A stretch of 63,567 nt of DNA, the filler included, from Reclinomonas americana ATCC 50394 (taxonomy: Eukaryota): the NCBI GenBank assembly GCA_048213135.1. It is 7 parts of 4 records of this genome, joined end to end, with 100 filler letters (N's around TTAATTAATTAA, not from the genome) between each part and the next. Parts side by side here need not be neighbours in the genome. Positions count along the whole stretch, not along the records: positions 41,981 to 54,388 come from PS015769.1; positions 54,489 to 59,810 come from PS015769.1; positions 59,911 to 62,123 come from PS015770.1; 4 more parts are not named here. One strand, 5' to 3'. Positions 46,421-60,333 of the stretch are shown piece after piece. A program made the position numbers and the translations under genes. Position 1 is the first letter of the stretch; each line of letters begins with the position of its first letter. The notes beneath the pieces are model-generated. The model made no database searches, was not told the origin of the DNA, and saw only the letters and a list, made by a program, of their open reading frames with translations.

Positions 46421-49023
46421 TTACACATCATACACTTGTATGTGTGGCACGTCGCGAATGCCAAAATCGCGATACGCGCGCTTGGCAAAGAGCTCCCACG
46501 CCTGTGTGAGAGTCTCCTTGATCGTCTCTATGGGGTACGTGTTGCTGGAGTCGGCGGCTGCCACAAAATACGGGTTTCCGTTTAGTCTGGCCAAACTGCA
46601 TCGCCGCAAAGTGAAAAAAAGGGATGAGAAGACGGAAGTGCGTTTGTCGAGAGAGGACCGCCCAACGCAACTGCATGTAGTTGGTGTAGTGTGGTCGTTC
46701 GCCGGAGAAGAGCTCGATCACCACCGACGCCGGATGCAAGTTCACAATGTTGACGAGGTTCGCACCATGCTCACCAATCAGTACGCCCGCCGAGCAGTAA
46801 AAGAAGCGCGTCTGCTGACCCACGCTCCAACTATCGCGATTCGCATTGAGCTACGGCAGCAACAACAAGAAGGCGCACAATGGTCTCGCAACTTTTGCAA
46901 GTCCACCAGGCTGAGGGGAATCTTGCGGAACTTGGCAAACTCCATCACCGCGTCCACCACCTCCTGCTGATTCACGCCGGTGCGCTTGTGCCGAACGGCC
47001 CACACCAAGTGCGGCGGCTTTTCTTCCCTGCAATAATAATTCGTCAGCTCCACGTACTGCGTGTGCGTCACCACCACTGCACGCAACTCCTTGCCCTTGC
47101 ACATGCGCTGCGTGAGCTCGCTGGGCGACAGCAGCGGTTCGTCGTGTCGCAGGCCGGCCTCGGAACGCAGCAGAGCGTTGCGCGCTGCGGCAAATGCCCA
47201 CGGAGTCGGCTCGCCGTGATACACATGATTCATGTGTTGGTGGCCGGCGCTGTGGAACGGTACATACAAGCGCTCCGTCACCTCCAGGTCCTCGTCACCG
47301 GCACCACCACGCTCCTCCGCTGTGTGTGCAGGCAGGTGAGTGAGAAGACATTACTCTTTCTCTCTCTCCATCCACCAGCACGCAACAAATGTTCCAGTTC
47401 TTGAACGCAAACTCGCGATACCGTCGCTGCACGCCACGGTACTCGACGTGTGGCTTCTCCAGCAACACGGGCAACGCAGCCACCCACTTCGGCAGCTGCT
47501 CCAACAGACTGTGCCAGTAGTTGTAGTAGTACTTGACGTGGAGCGTGACCAGCTCGGCGAACTGTGGGTGATCGGGATCGGGCGACCGGTCGGTGGGCGG
47601 CGCACCCAGGCGATCGCACAGCAAGTTCTCCGCCTCGTGTACTGCACGCGCGAGCAAAGAACTGAGTGCACGTGGACACACAACACAACACAGGATGCGG
47701 TGAGTGAGAGTCGACGAAACATCTCTCCCATTGGTACATGGGCGCCGAGAGAATCAGAGTGCCGGGCATGGTGTGATCGTGAGGCAGAATGATGATCTCG
47801 CCCTCCTTCAGCAGGTACACGTCGGAGTTGATGTCGCGCGGACTGATTTCCGCCAGACCCTGCGGCACAAACGCATGCGGTGAGAATGTGTGTGTGTGTG
47901 TGAGTGAGTGAGAAGGAGTGGAGAGTTCCGCACGTGGTACGCCCAGTCTCCCGAGTACTCCCACGAGGCGTCGCGAGGAAACTCGACAGCAGACTCGCAC
48001 AACTCGCGCGTAAAGTAATTGGGTCGCGCCGTCCACCCCAGGCCCATGGCCACAAAGTCCAAGTGCCTCCAATTCTGCGCACAGGTGAGAAACAAAAGAA
48101 GCTGCACGTGCAAAAAAAGAATGACAGACGAGCGCAACACTTGACTGCCATCGCGACAACACGTCGGCATTGGACTGGAGACGCGGACACGTGTCGCGCG
48201 GATGCACTGTGCGTGGTGCGCCAAACACAAGTTTTCGGTTCTTGCCGGTCGGATCGCTGTACATGTGCGCCGCCGACTGGCTTGCACACTCGGAGAATGC
48301 ATATCGCACCTTGGCCAGCTATGCAAAGGGAAGCACACACAAGTCAGCAAATAAAAACACCCCTCACGCGCTCTCACAGCATCGCCTTGACACACAACAC
48401 ACACCGGGCACGCCACAATGTCATAGTACACAATGTACTCTTTGCGAAACGAGCCTGCTCGCTGGCACTTGAGCACCTCGTGATTGTGTCGCAGCGACAC
48501 TTGCTCCATCACCAACTGCTCCAGTTGCCACTGCATGCGCAACAACAACGACGACGTCCATCAACATCGCACGACTCGACTTGTTCCTCAACATATGCAT
48601 GCTTCAAACCGTTCGTGCAAGTCGCCGCGACTCCTCCCGCGCGCTGCCGCCCAGCATCTCCCCGAGACACTTTTCCACATCGGTTCCACTCTGAAACACG
48701 GTGGCATCACTCGCAGCTGGCGTCGATGTCACCGCGGGTGGTCGCGGTGGTAGTGGAGGCACCGAGGAGAACACCTTTGCGCCCTCCAACGCACGCGACT
48801 CCCACGACTTCCACACTGCAGTCTGTGTGTACACCTCTAGTCGGTTCCCGCGATGCACACCACCACCGATCCACTGTTGTGTGGCGGCAGAGGATGATGA
48901 CGAGGAGGGCGGCAATCGCATGTAAAACATGACCAGCAGCACAGTGACTACGGCCACGGCGGCGATTGCGATGCCGTAGAAGAAGAGTGGGGAGCGTGGT
49001 CCACCACGCCCCAGCGCCAACAT
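46421..49023 (-). CDS. Type II membrane glycosyltransferase family 61 (DUF563)
   Basis: N-terminal TM segment LFFYGIAIAAVAVVTVLLVMFY; YNYWHSLLEQLP; GVLIGEHGANLVNIVNLHPASVVIEL. Confidence 0.8.
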
Positions 49024-49090
49024 GACAGGAGGAGAGTGACGGATGCAGAGGAGAGGGACACGCACACGTGGTGGGACATCACTTCTCGCG

Positions 49091-51820
49091 ATGTGGTGGA
49101 CCGCAGCAGTGCCGCGCATTGGTGAGTGTATGCCTGTGCGCGACTCACATCTCTCTCTCTCACACACACACACGCACAGCGCGTCGGCTGTTCTCCTCTG
49201 CACCATCGGCAACCGAACTGAAGAAGCCCAAGCTGGTTATTCTTGGTTGCGTTGTCTCTCTCTCTCTCGTGCGCACAACGCTCTCTGGTGACTCACACGT
49301 CGCTGTGCAGGCACGGGTTGGGGTGGCTTCCGAGTGCTCAAGGTCGGTGCTGCATGCGCGTGCTGCGCGAGGAGGCTTGCATTTTTGTTCACTGCTGCAT
49401 GTGTGTGACAGGGCATTGACATGGACAAGTTCCGTGTGACTGTGGTGAGTCGCGTGTGCTGTACGACGCACGCGGAGAGCAGCAACTGAATGGATGCCAT
49501 GTAGATCTCGCCACGTAACTTTTTCCTGTTCACACCACTGCTGCCGTCGACTGTGACTGGTCTGTGTGTCTGTGTGAGTGTTTGCAAGCTGCAAGCTGCC
49601 CCCACTGATCATTGTTGTTGCATGGGTGCATAGGTGTTGTCGAGTTCCGGTGCGTTGCGGCGGCTACTGCTGCTGTGCTGTTGTGTGGACAACTCACTTA
49701 CTTGTATTTGTGTTTGTTTATGGTTGTGCAGATCGATCACGGAACCCGTGCGCTCGGCGCGACGCCAGCCGTTCAACTTTATCGGTATGCCTACCTACCA
49801 GTCACACTTCGCTGTCAGTGCTGCTTCTCACGTCGCGATGCATGCATCAGAGGCATTCGCCACCGATATCGACGTGGTGAAGCAGACTGTGCGATGCCAG
49901 TTGGATCGACCGCGAGAGCCCGGCGAGCACGGCTCGCAACCGTTTGACGTGCGATACGACCAGGTGCGGCGCATACACAGTCGTAGCTTTGAGCAAGCTT
50001 CCGCTCACAGTCGGTGACGCAGCTGGTCATCTCTGTCGGTGCCAAGAACTCCACGCTCAACGTCCCCGGTGTCAAGGAGTATGCGTGTCATCTGAAGGTG
50101 TCGCTGCGCATGCCCCTCGCCCTTCTTGTGTTGTGAAAGTGCTTACCGATGTGTTGTACAGGAAGTGCACGAGGGTTCGCGTTGTGCTTCAACCTGCGGA
50201 TATCTTCGACAACAACTCACTGTCGCGTCTGCACAGCCCGCGCACTGCGGTACAAGATTTTGGACTTGTTTGAGCACGCCGCCGATCCCAATTTGACACA
50301 ACAGCAGCGCAAGGAGTTGCGGATGCCTCTTGCATTCTTTACTCCTCCTGCCATGTCTCACACTCTCGGTCATGCAGTCTGCTCCATTTCGTCATTGTTG
50401 GTGGTGGAGTTGCGCTCGCACTGTCTGCTGCGTAAGCGCCATTCCTGTTTCCTCGCTCACCATACCGTGTGTCAGCCAACGGGCGTGGAGACTGCGGCCG
50501 AGGTCGCTGACATGGTCAGCGAGGATCTTCGTCGCCTGTATCCCGATATTTGGCAAGACTGTGTCATCTCGTTGTTCGAGGTGCGCCGTCTTTCCTTTTT
50601 TCGTGTGTCGTCGTTTGCCAAGGGTTCGTCGCACAGGGTCGTGCACTGCTGAGTGCATTCGACCAAGATACGCAAAGTTGCGTGTCTCGTGCTGCTCGCT
50701 TGTGATGTGTGGCCAGTGCTGACCAGACCGTCGATTGCAGCCTATGTGGAGAGGTCGTTGAAGCGCTCCAACGTCGACGTGCGCATTGGTGTGCGTGTCA
50801 AGGAGGTGCGCGAGAAGGAAGTGATTCTTGGCGACGGCACCGTGGAGAAATGTGGCATCATTCTGTGGTCCACCGGTGAGTGTTGTTTGTGGGTGCCCGC
50901 CTCCTCGTTGTCACTCTCGATCAGACCAATCGCACAGGCATTGCACCTCGCGATTCCGTGCGCGGTACGCGATTGCACCATTGTGCCTGTCGTTCTTTTT
51001 TGTGTGTTTATTCTCTCTGCAGGGTTCAAGAACATCCCGAAGAACGAGCGAGGCATGATTGTCACGAACGAGTTCTTGCAGGTGACAACCATGGGCTCCG
51101 AGTGATTGCGGCGCGGTCTCACTGCGTGCATCGCAGGTGGTTGATGCGGACGGCACGACGGGGATCAACGCCGAGGCGCGCGAGGCGCTGAATACGCGAC
51201 GCAACGTCTACGCCATCGGAGATTGTGCCACGATTGTCGGACGACCGCTGGCTGCCACTGCGCAGGTGGCACAGCAGGAGGGCAAGGTTCGCCACCATTG
51301 CTGTGCCCGTGTTCTCCCCAGCTGTGTGTGTGTCGATGACATGTGTGCTGTGTCAAAAAAAGTACGTGGCCAAGATCTTGAACCGCGGCGACAAGCAGCC
51401 ACCGTTCTCGTTCATCAATCGCGGCATGCTGGCCTATGTGGTGCGAACGCGGTTGCTTCTTTGTTGCGTATGCGTGTGCGTGTCTGTAACTCTTCACATG
51501 CAGGGCGGCTACCGTGCGATCGCCGACATCCCCAGTGCCTCTGTCAAGTCCAGTGGCTTCATGTCGTTCCTCTTCTGGCGCTCCGCCTACCTTACCATGC
51601 TTGTGTCGCTGCGCAACAAGGTGGGCGCCGCCACAGACACGTTGATGGGTGGATGACTCTGCACTGACTGTTTCCGCCGACAGATCCTTGTACCCATTGA
51701 CTGGACCAAGACTCTGCTCTTTGGGTGCGTGAGCACAAACACAGAAAGCTTCGATCAAAGCTTCCGTCCGTTCCCGTCCCTCACATCTCACATGATAGAC
51801 GGAATACGTCGAAATTCTGA
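49091..51820 (+). CDS. Type II (alternative) NADH dehydrogenase, mitochondrial NDE/NDA-like, many short exons
   Basis: Targeting-like MWWTAAVPRI|ARRLFSS; KPKLVILG|TGWGG, ISPRNFFLFTPLLPS, FVIVGGG|PTGVETAAE, VYAIGDC, ATAQVAQQEGK, FWRSAYL, RNK|ILVPIDW..FG|RNTSKF*. Confidence 0.95.
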
Positions 51821-51864
51821 CAACGGAGGAAGAAGGAGGCACCCATCCACATTGACTATTAAAT

Positions 51865-54388
51865 TCATTGTTGCCAGGTGGAGCGGTGCGCAAAGAACGT
51901 GGTACCGAATTGTCTCGGGGTAGAGCTTGATTCACCCGAAGCGTCGGTTTTCACCGATCCTGTTCGTGCACGTGCCGACTGCACACGACTGCCTGCATTG
52001 GAGCTCCCCCTTGGTCTCCCGGCGTTGATGGCCAGAATCTGCTCGGCAGGCGATGGTGGCGACCGCGGAGCCTGGAATGCTATACCGCGCGATACATCAA
52101 TAGGCCCCACAGCAGCCGCTCCTCCTCCTCCTCCTCCTCCTCCACTGCCTCCACCTCCTGCTGTTGCTTTCCCGGCGCCTTGTCTGGACGACAACTGACC
52201 CGAAAAGCCACTTGCCGCAGCCGTCTGCAGATCAAAGTGGAATTGCGGTGCCGTGTCTTCCACAGCAGAGGCGGTGCTGGCCACAGAGCTGCACTCCAGA
52301 CGTCAGTATGTGATTCGTCGTCGATGCACGACACGCAGTTGTTGGGACTCACCCCGTTTCGTGTCGGTCGGTCGCCGTGTCCGCTGGCGGCGGCGGTGCT
52401 TGGCCCGTCGTGTTCCAGAACGTAATCACTCGGTTCAGCTCGGCGTCAAGTTGGAGCTGCCACCGATAACACATGTGAGCGGAAGCCGCCACAGGAGACA
52501 CCACATGGAATGCACTCAACAATTTCCTCGCGCAGCTTTTGCGCTTCACGGCTATCACTCGGCACGCGGCGCAGCTTCTCGTGGCGCTCCTCCAACTGCT
52601 CCACCAGCAGCTTCACGCCCGGATCGATTAGTACAAGACTCTTGCGGTTGATGACCCCCGACATTTTCTGGTCACTGTATCATCATTCAACGTCAGTCGC
52701 CACCCAAGAAGCTGCGGGCGTCCAGTGGCATTCGCAACTAGGTGTCAGTGGCGGGCGTCAAGTCGCGGACCTGTGCTTTCAGTCGATCGACTTGCATGCG
52801 AAGCGAGTGCAGCTCGCTCTGCAAATCAAAGTACTCCTTGCTGTGCGTCACAAGAGGAGGTTGAGCGACGACAACCAACAGGACCACCGAGAGCAAAGGC
52901 ACGTACCGAGGTAGCGCCACGACCTGGGAGTCGAACTGCTCCTGCGGATTACCCTGCCCCAGCGCCACCAGTTGCGATCGCAGTGCTTCCTTCTCGGCCC
53001 ACGTTCGATCGATTTCAGACTCGGCTATCACGGCGAAAGGTGAGAACCAGGCGCACGCAGGTGAGGGAGTGACGCAGATCACGCACCCTTGATCAGCAGC
53101 ATTCGCAGCTGATTTTCCCTGTATGCCGCACTCCGACCAAACTGCACCCAACCCAGTCATCACGGTGAGCGCAAATAGGGAATAAAACAAGACGTACACG
53201 CACGCAGTCCACCTCTTTCATGCTTGTCGCGGCACCCTCGACAAATCTGGTAAAGCACATTCGATATACACTGGCCACATCGTTCTGCTGCTTTGGTCCA
53301 TTGGCCTGCAATCATTACATACACGGTGAGTACCCGTGATTCTCACCATCTCCCGTCTTGCAGTCAGACACTGACTCACCAACATGTAAGTGATGGCCGT
53401 CGTCGCAGAGCGTTTCCACAACTCGGCGACCTCGTCTGCCACGGCGACCCCGTTGGGGCCAGCAGGCATCCGTGGCGACGAACCGGAGCCGCCAGCAGAC
53501 GACTGCCGTTTCTCCTTCTTGCCCCCCTGCCGCTGTCGCTGCATGCTGGCCATCACCGAGGCTGCCGCCACGGCCACTGCCGTGTCTTTGAACGCTGGCA
53601 GAGTGGCACGCAGCGCAGTGGGTGTCACCAAGCTTCCGTTGCCATGCTCAGCGCCGCCGTTCTCGCCACCGTCGTCGCCCTCGTCCTCGCTGTCGGCCGC
53701 GAAGCCTTGCGCAGGTGCATTGCCCGAAAATTGTCGGCATCGACGGACGCTGTCGGCCAGAGGGAACTCGAGTAGACTCGCCACACCCTGTGTCAGTGCC
53801 TCGCGTTTCTCCTTGGTCAGCTGCTGCGACGCCGAGGAAGGCCGATTATTGGCTTTGCCGGCTGCGAAGAAATGTCGGTTAGACAGGCACAAACACAGGA
53901 GAGATCAACATGCGACTACAACGCACATGGGTCGGCGCTGTACGGGCGCATGTTGGTACGAGGTGTGTCGCGCTCGGCCGCATGTCTCTCATCATGTGGT
54001 CCTCCCGGCACGCTGCATCCGTCGCCAGTGAGCACTCACGAAAATCGTGCGACGAAGGAAGAGGACGAAACAGGTGGACAGTGGACGATGTAAGCCGTGG
54101 GCCAGGAGAGGGTATGGTGTTGTGCGGAACCACGCCCACCGGCGCAGACGACATGGCGAAAGACTGCAACATTGGTCGCCTGCCACCAGAAGGCGATGCC
54201 GTGAGTTGTGGCGGTGGAGCCATGCGGGAATCCATCATGCCCTCGTCGTCGGAGAGTGGTGCAGGTGAGCCGTCGTCGTCAAAGAACGGCGAGCCACGCA
54301 TCATGTCGAGCGATTGCATCGGCATACCCTCAACTGCACCAGACGAATGAACAAAAATATAAGCAAGCCGTCGCATCTGTTGCGTGCA
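51865..54388 (-). CDS. Hypothetical coiled-coil/low-complexity protein, 3' part
   Basis: Spliceable exons including EYFDLQSELHSLRMQVDRLKAQV and VKLLVEQLEERHEKLRR. Confidence 0.55.
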
Positions 54389-54488
54389 NNNNNNNNNNNN
54401 NNNNNNNNNNNNNNNNNNNNNNNNNNNNNNNNTTAATTAATTAANNNNNNNNNNNNNNNNNNNNNNNNNNNNNNNNNNNNNNNNNNNN

Positions 54489-56226
54489 ATCGGCGTCCAT
54501 TTCGTCGGGTGGAACGCTGCGGGAGGTCTCCCGTCGCAACGCATTGTCCACTCGCTCAAGAAGTCGCCGATGCGCCTCCGACCCAACACCCTTAGTGACT
54601 GACGGCGGCCGCGGCGCTGACTCTGTCAATCGCACAGGCTCCGCAGCCACAGGTGTCGGGGGCTCGGACGGCTCCGTAGGCGGTGGTGGTGACGAGGACT
54701 CGTGATGCTGTTGTTGGTCGTCGTAACGGATCTGCAGACACTCGATGTGAGACGCGAAACAGAGGCAACGGGGGTGGAGTACATAATCTGATCCATACCA
54801 ATGTAAAGTTGGCGCTGGTGCCAAACGACGTCGGCAACTCCAGTGCCTGATTGAACTCGCCCAGCAAATCCAGAGTGACGGCAGAACTGCTTCCGGTCGA
54901 CTGCCGCATGCGCCCACTACTGGTAGGCCGCGATCGCGGTGCTGACCGTGCACCACCCGCTGCACGGCCGCTGTCATTCTGCGGCAAGTACGCAGCGGGT
55001 GCCATGAGTCGGCTCGTGGCATCACGCCGCGGCATTGCATTGTGTGTCCGCACACTCACGCTGCGCACCATCACGGACGAATGAGAACCACAGAACACAT
55101 TGTCATTCTCTTGCTCTCCTCCTTACCCGTGCACGGCAGAGTCGTTGCGCATGCGAGCGCTCCACGGCCGCGATTGTGGACCGGCACCGACAAAGGCCGG
55201 ATCGGGAGGTGGCGCACCGGACGTGCGAGCGCTCTTCGGACGCTGCAGACCACCTTTGGGGAAGCCGGGTGGGCCAGCCATCTCCTTCTGCTCAGCAGCA
55301 TTGGTCACCATCGCAGTCAGCGATCCTACTCCTCTGACAAAAGGACACTTTGAAGCTACACAACTTGCAAGTGTGCTCGAAAACTGCGTGGCGCCGACGT
55401 CGGTGGTCGATTCTGCGACGCAGACGTCGGCGACAGTGCGAAATCGTCGAGAGGCAGTGCCGGCACGTTGGCTGGGCGAGGCGGACCACCTGTGACACGG
55501 TGTGAGGGGAAGCGAGAGATGAGGACAGAACGGAAGGAACAGGGGGGAAGGAGGAGAGGGAAGGAACAGGGGGAAGGAGGAGGAGGGGGAAGGAACGAGG
55601 GGGAAGGGGAAGGAGTTAGGGGGAAGGAACGAGGGGGAAGAAGGAAGNNNNNNNNNNNNNNNNNNNNGAACTGACTGTGTGCGTGTGGCCAATTGGGCAT
55701 CAGGCAGGAGACGAGACCTCGCTCGCGCCCATCGGTGGCCAGCAGACTCCAGTAGTACATGTACGTCTCCTGCGGCATGTACGAGCGCACAATCGCAGCG
55801 TACGACGGATCCTCGAGAATCTGTCGCATGACTCGAATGCTGCAGAGGACGATCAGATCTCTCTCTCTCGACAAGGCGAGAAAAAGAAAGCATGACACAC
55901 CGGCCAGTGGACGCTGCTCGTTTGAGCGTGTGCAACAGGAACGCCACGTCGACATAGCCATGAAAGTTGGCGTACAGACGCTGCGCCAGCATCTCGGGGG
56001 CCATGGATGACGACGCACCCTCATCTGCCGCACCATACGCCACCTTTGCCGTCTCCAGCAACTGCTCAGACGCTTGCTGCTGAGTGCGTGTCGGCTGAGT
56101 GGAGACCACCGACGGCTGCTTGCGTTGTTGCGTCGTCTTCAACGAGCTTGGATCAGCAGCTGAAGCATTGGTGGGTGGTGCGACGGGAGCCAGAGTCGGC
56201 AGTGGGCTTGCTGCTGGTCCGCTCAC
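54489..56226 (-). CDS. Hypothetical protein, 5' part (possibly the same gene as 51865-54388)
   Basis: Exon blocks LAQRLYANFHGYVDVAFLLH and YMPQETYMYYWSLL; open into the linker on the same strand; start uncertain. Confidence 0.45.
55500..55647 (+). repeat. Polypurine (GA-rich) tract beside a 20-N gap
   Basis: Almost pure A/G run in an intron. Confidence 0.85.
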
Positions 56227-56492
56227 TGGGAACTCCAGATCGAGGCCCTGAGGTGTGCGTTAGTGTGTGTGTGCGCGCGCGTTGATGATAAATCAGACGA
56301 CGCAACGGGCGCTGGTCGCAGCTCTGACTGCGACGATTGCTGGTAGATGCCAGAGTTCACCACGACACGTGACTGCATCTGTGTGGTCTCGCCTCTCTTC
56401 GTGTCGCAGGAACTGTGCGCCCACGCCTCCTCTCGTTCTTTGTTATGTTATTGGTGCATAGGACAAACGGCCAACGTTCGATTACATACATT

Positions 56493-58163
56493 TTATCCCT
56501 CGTCTTCTTCCTCCTCTTCCTCCTTTTTCTGTTTCCTCTTGGTCTTCTTGGCCTTCTTCTTCTGCTTCTTCTCCTTCTTCGTTGCCTCGTTGGTGGTGGT
56601 GTGCAGATCCAGAGTGCCATCCTCATCCTCCTCTTCCTCATCCTCTTCATCCTCCTCGTCAGTCGACGTCGCCTTCTTCTTGCTCTTCATGGGCTCGTCA
56701 GCGGTCGCTCCGTTCCGCTTGCTCTTTTCCTTCTTTTTCTTCTTCTTGCTCTCGCTCGCAGTTGCGGACGTGGTGGTGGTTGTGGTGGTGGCGGCAGCGC
56801 TCGTCGGTCTCCTATCGACAACGTCCACTTGCATGCTGCCGGCGGCGGCGGCGGCAGCGAAGCCACGACCGACCTTCTTTGGTCTTAGTGCGTCCACCAC
56901 CACCGCGCTCTCAATACCCTGCGCGGCGCCACTCGTGAGCAGATGCAATGGGTGAGAAGCGAGAGCAGGCAGGCAAACGCACCGCAAAAATGTCCATGCC
57001 CTGCTCGATGCACTCGATGAGCAGCGGGATGCGTCGCTCACTAAAGTCGTCGGCTTGGCGGAAGGCGTCCAACTCGTCGCCAAAGCACTTGGTGAACTCG
57101 TCCAGGTACCACTCGGAGAACGACGGCAGCGCACCAGCATCGTCGCCAGACGAGGCTCGCGACGCATCGGCCAGCATGGCCGGCACACGACGCCCCAGCA
57201 CCTGCATGTCCCGATCGATGCGCTTCCACACCGCCGCACTGGCGTAGCGCTGCAGCAGCGGCAACGTGGTGTTCAATCGCAAATCCTGTCGCGCACGAGG
57301 CCAGTCAGCAACGAGACAGAGAGAGGGAGGGAGAGAGGGAGGGAGGGAGAAGAGTGCTTGCTCTCAATGCTTCTCCTGTGACTCCTCTCTCTTCCTTGCT
57401 ATGCATGATCACCTCTTCGCGAATGTCCATGCGCTCCAGATCCACCGCCAGCGCCGCAAACGAGGGCGCCTCCTTGACCGGCACGTGATTGAGATTGTGT
57501 AGGATGCAGTGCACGCGCTTCACCAGCGCCAGAATGCGCAGCGACACGTCGGCCAGCTGGTGAACGTCACCCGCCGACGCACCTGCCGACACAGGATCAG
57601 TGGAGGGTAAAGAGGGAGGGTGAAGAGAGGTGTGCACGCACCACCCAGCGGCAACCTGTGCATTGCCGATGCGCTGTCAGTGTCGGCAGTCCACACGCCT
57701 GGACTGACGCTGGAGGCCAGTTGCGCTGACCACTCGACCAGTCGCTGCGCTTCGCTCTGCTTGGCGTTGACTGGGTGCTCCTCTTCTTCCTCCTCGTCAT
57801 CATCGTCATCGTCATCTGCATGCATGCATGCATTGTCAGTGACTGATCAATCAGGGATCAATCACATCATCCATCCATCACACACACCGTCCATCGTCAC
57901 ATCGACTGGCATCGCATCGTCCTCCTCCTCCTCATCTTCCTCTTCCTCATCGTCATCGTCGTCAGCGTGAACGGGGCGGCTCTTCTTCACTTTCCGCTCT
58001 TGTCGTGAGCCATCTGCACATGCACATGCCCAACACGCCCACAATGAGACAACCGGCATTCGCAGGCGACTGAACGCGCGTGCGGATGCGTACCATCGCT
58101 GCTGCTGCTGCTACTGCTGCTGCTGCTGCTGCTGTCACTGTCGCTGCTGTCGCTGTCGCTCAT
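56493..58163 (-). CDS. Rsa3 (ribosome assembly protein 3) domain nucleolar-type protein
   Basis: FSEWYLDEFTKCFGDELDAFRQADDFSERRIPLLIECIEQGMDIF; S/D-rich N-terminus; K/E-rich tail. Confidence 0.72.
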
Positions 58164-58532
58164 GGTGGTGCTTGTGGACAAATGACGACGAACGCGCGAG
58201 TTTCCGGTTTTCGAAACGTGAAGCAGTCCACGAGACTGCCGATGACCGTCGTCATACACAGCTGCAGTGAGGACGCACGCGGCTTTGCTGCAAATCTGCT
58301 TGGTTGCAATCGATCGCAGCGCGCGATATTCGAATTATCGCAGACGATTCCACTCAAGCCCTTGCACGTGAACGCTGCGCCCTTCGACGCCGATAGCGCA
58401 CACTGCCTCGCTTCACGCACACATCACGTCCTCCGCCGGCACACCGGCACAGGACGGCGAGTATGTGGCGGCCAAAAACTCCCATCGAATATTCTCGTTG
58501 CCTTTTTTGAGTTCACCGCTGAGCGAAGAAGA

Positions 58533-59810
58533 ATGAACGAGCCGACTCACAACCCGGCCGCCACCACGCTGATGATGATGATGATGTCATCGGCGACAAG
58601 CACAACCACACGGACATGCGACATGCCGCCACCTGCGTCTTCGACGCGACTGCGACAGGTGAGTGTGCTTTTTGGTCGCAAAAAACATTCGCGAAATTTC
58701 TGCCTGTTTTTTGTCTGTCTGTGCGGCGCGTCTCTCGCTCGCTCGCCCTCTCTTTGTAGGTGCGTGCGTGTGCGTTTGTTCGAGTGTAGTCGTGCACACA
58801 GTTGGAGAGGGGAGAGAGAGGCTCTGAGAAAGTGAGTGCGCGAATCATTCCCTCGTGCGCACTGTTACAGCGCCAGGTGATGCATCACGCACACACACTG
58901 ATTCACTTTTCACACTCAGCTTCGCTGACACAGATACACACACATTCGCATTGAGCAGTAGATCCACTCATCACACTGCGCGCGTGTGTGCGTGCGTGTG
59001 TGCGTGTCAGAGCGACACTTTCGTCCACTTCTCACACCATACACACACACAGTCGCCAGCCTCGCGCGCCACCCCATCAGCAGCCGTCAACATGCCGATG
59101 GAAGGAACCACCTTTGCCGAGTACGAGGCACTCGTGCGAATACTCACCTCACAAGCAGCAGCGGCCAGCAGCAGCAGTGGTGCAGCAGCCGCAGCAGCCG
59201 CAGCCGCAGTAGCGGCCGCCACCTCCGCATCACCAGCAGGCTCCAGTTGTTCAGCGTCGCCTCTCATGCACCGACCACCCACCACACATCACGCCATGTC
59301 GTCTCCATCATCATCGTCATCGTCGTCTTCTTCATCGTCGTCGTCGTCAGCTGCGGCCGCGTTGGCAGCCGCGGCAGCAGCAGTGGGCACGTCCGCGCCC
59401 CCGTCGCCTGCCTCCTCCGTCGTCTCTGACATTGACGATGAGACTCGCCTGCAGAGGGTACGTCTTGTGTGTGTGCGGTGGTGGCATCATCGGTCATTCG
59501 GCGAAAAGCATAAGTGTCCTGATTTGACAACTGATGCACAGGTTATCGGGTGGTGCGCATGCGCTTGATTGTTTTTCATATTTTCTGGCGCGCGGCGTTG
59601 CTCATGTGTGTGTGTTGGTATGGCGACAGGGCTCCCAAGTTCATTCTGAAGGAGGTTCGATTGCATGACGGAACACCGATTGTGACGCCGGTTCGGATCG
59701 TGGACGGAAGATTTCTCGTGCCGCCGCTGCCACCAGTTGCGTCTCGTGTGTCTGCTTCCGACTGCTGTGTCTGCGTCTGCTGCTGCTGCTGCTGACCCAT
59801 GTACACGGTA
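58533..59810 (+). CDS. Hypothetical Ala/Ser-rich protein, probably truncated
   Basis: Exons MNEPTH..LRQ|, TFAEYEALVRIL..RLQR|, APKFILKEVRL; start could instead be 59092. Confidence 0.4.
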
Positions 59811-59910
59811 NNNNNNNNNNNNNNNNNNNNNNNNNNNNNNNNNNNNNNNNNNNNTTAATTAATTAANNNNNNNNNNNNNNNNNNNNNNNNNNNNNNNNNN
59901 NNNNNNNNNN

Positions 59911-60234
59911 ATGATTGGCCAGACCGAGTTCAGGAAAGTGCTGGAGAAGGATCTGCACTTGAGTATGGAGAAGGAGGAGGTGAGAGGCGACACATTGATC
60001 GATTGGTCATGTTCGTCGTTCCCTGGGTGGCTCATCTGCGTTGCCACACACAGACCGAGGCCCTGGTGCGCAAGTTCTTCCCGCACCCGACCACCCGTCT
60101 CACGTTCAATAGCTTCCTCAAGGTCATCGAGGGCATGGAGACGTGGGGCGTCAAGTTGCGCACACATTGATTGTCAGTTTCTGTCTGTCATGCAGCGAAC
60201 TCACTGTGTACGATTGCCGACCAGGTACAACTAA
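59911..60234 (+). CDS. 3' end of an EF-hand-like protein
   Basis: IGQTEFRKVLEKDLHLSMEKEE|TEALVRKF..RLTFNSFLKVI. Confidence 0.55.
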   Translation: MIGQTEFRKVLEKDLHLSMEKEEVRGDTLIDWSCSSFPGWLICVATHRPRPWCASSSRTRPPVSRSIASSRSSRAWRRGASSCAHIDCQFLSVMQRTHCVRLPTRYN

Positions 60235-60333
60235 GCATATACACACACAGAAAACCCCCCAAGTCTTGTTATACCTGCGCCGTCAGTAGGAGCAGCCGCA
60301 ATCGCCGCCAGCGAGAGCGTGTTTCCATCTTCA

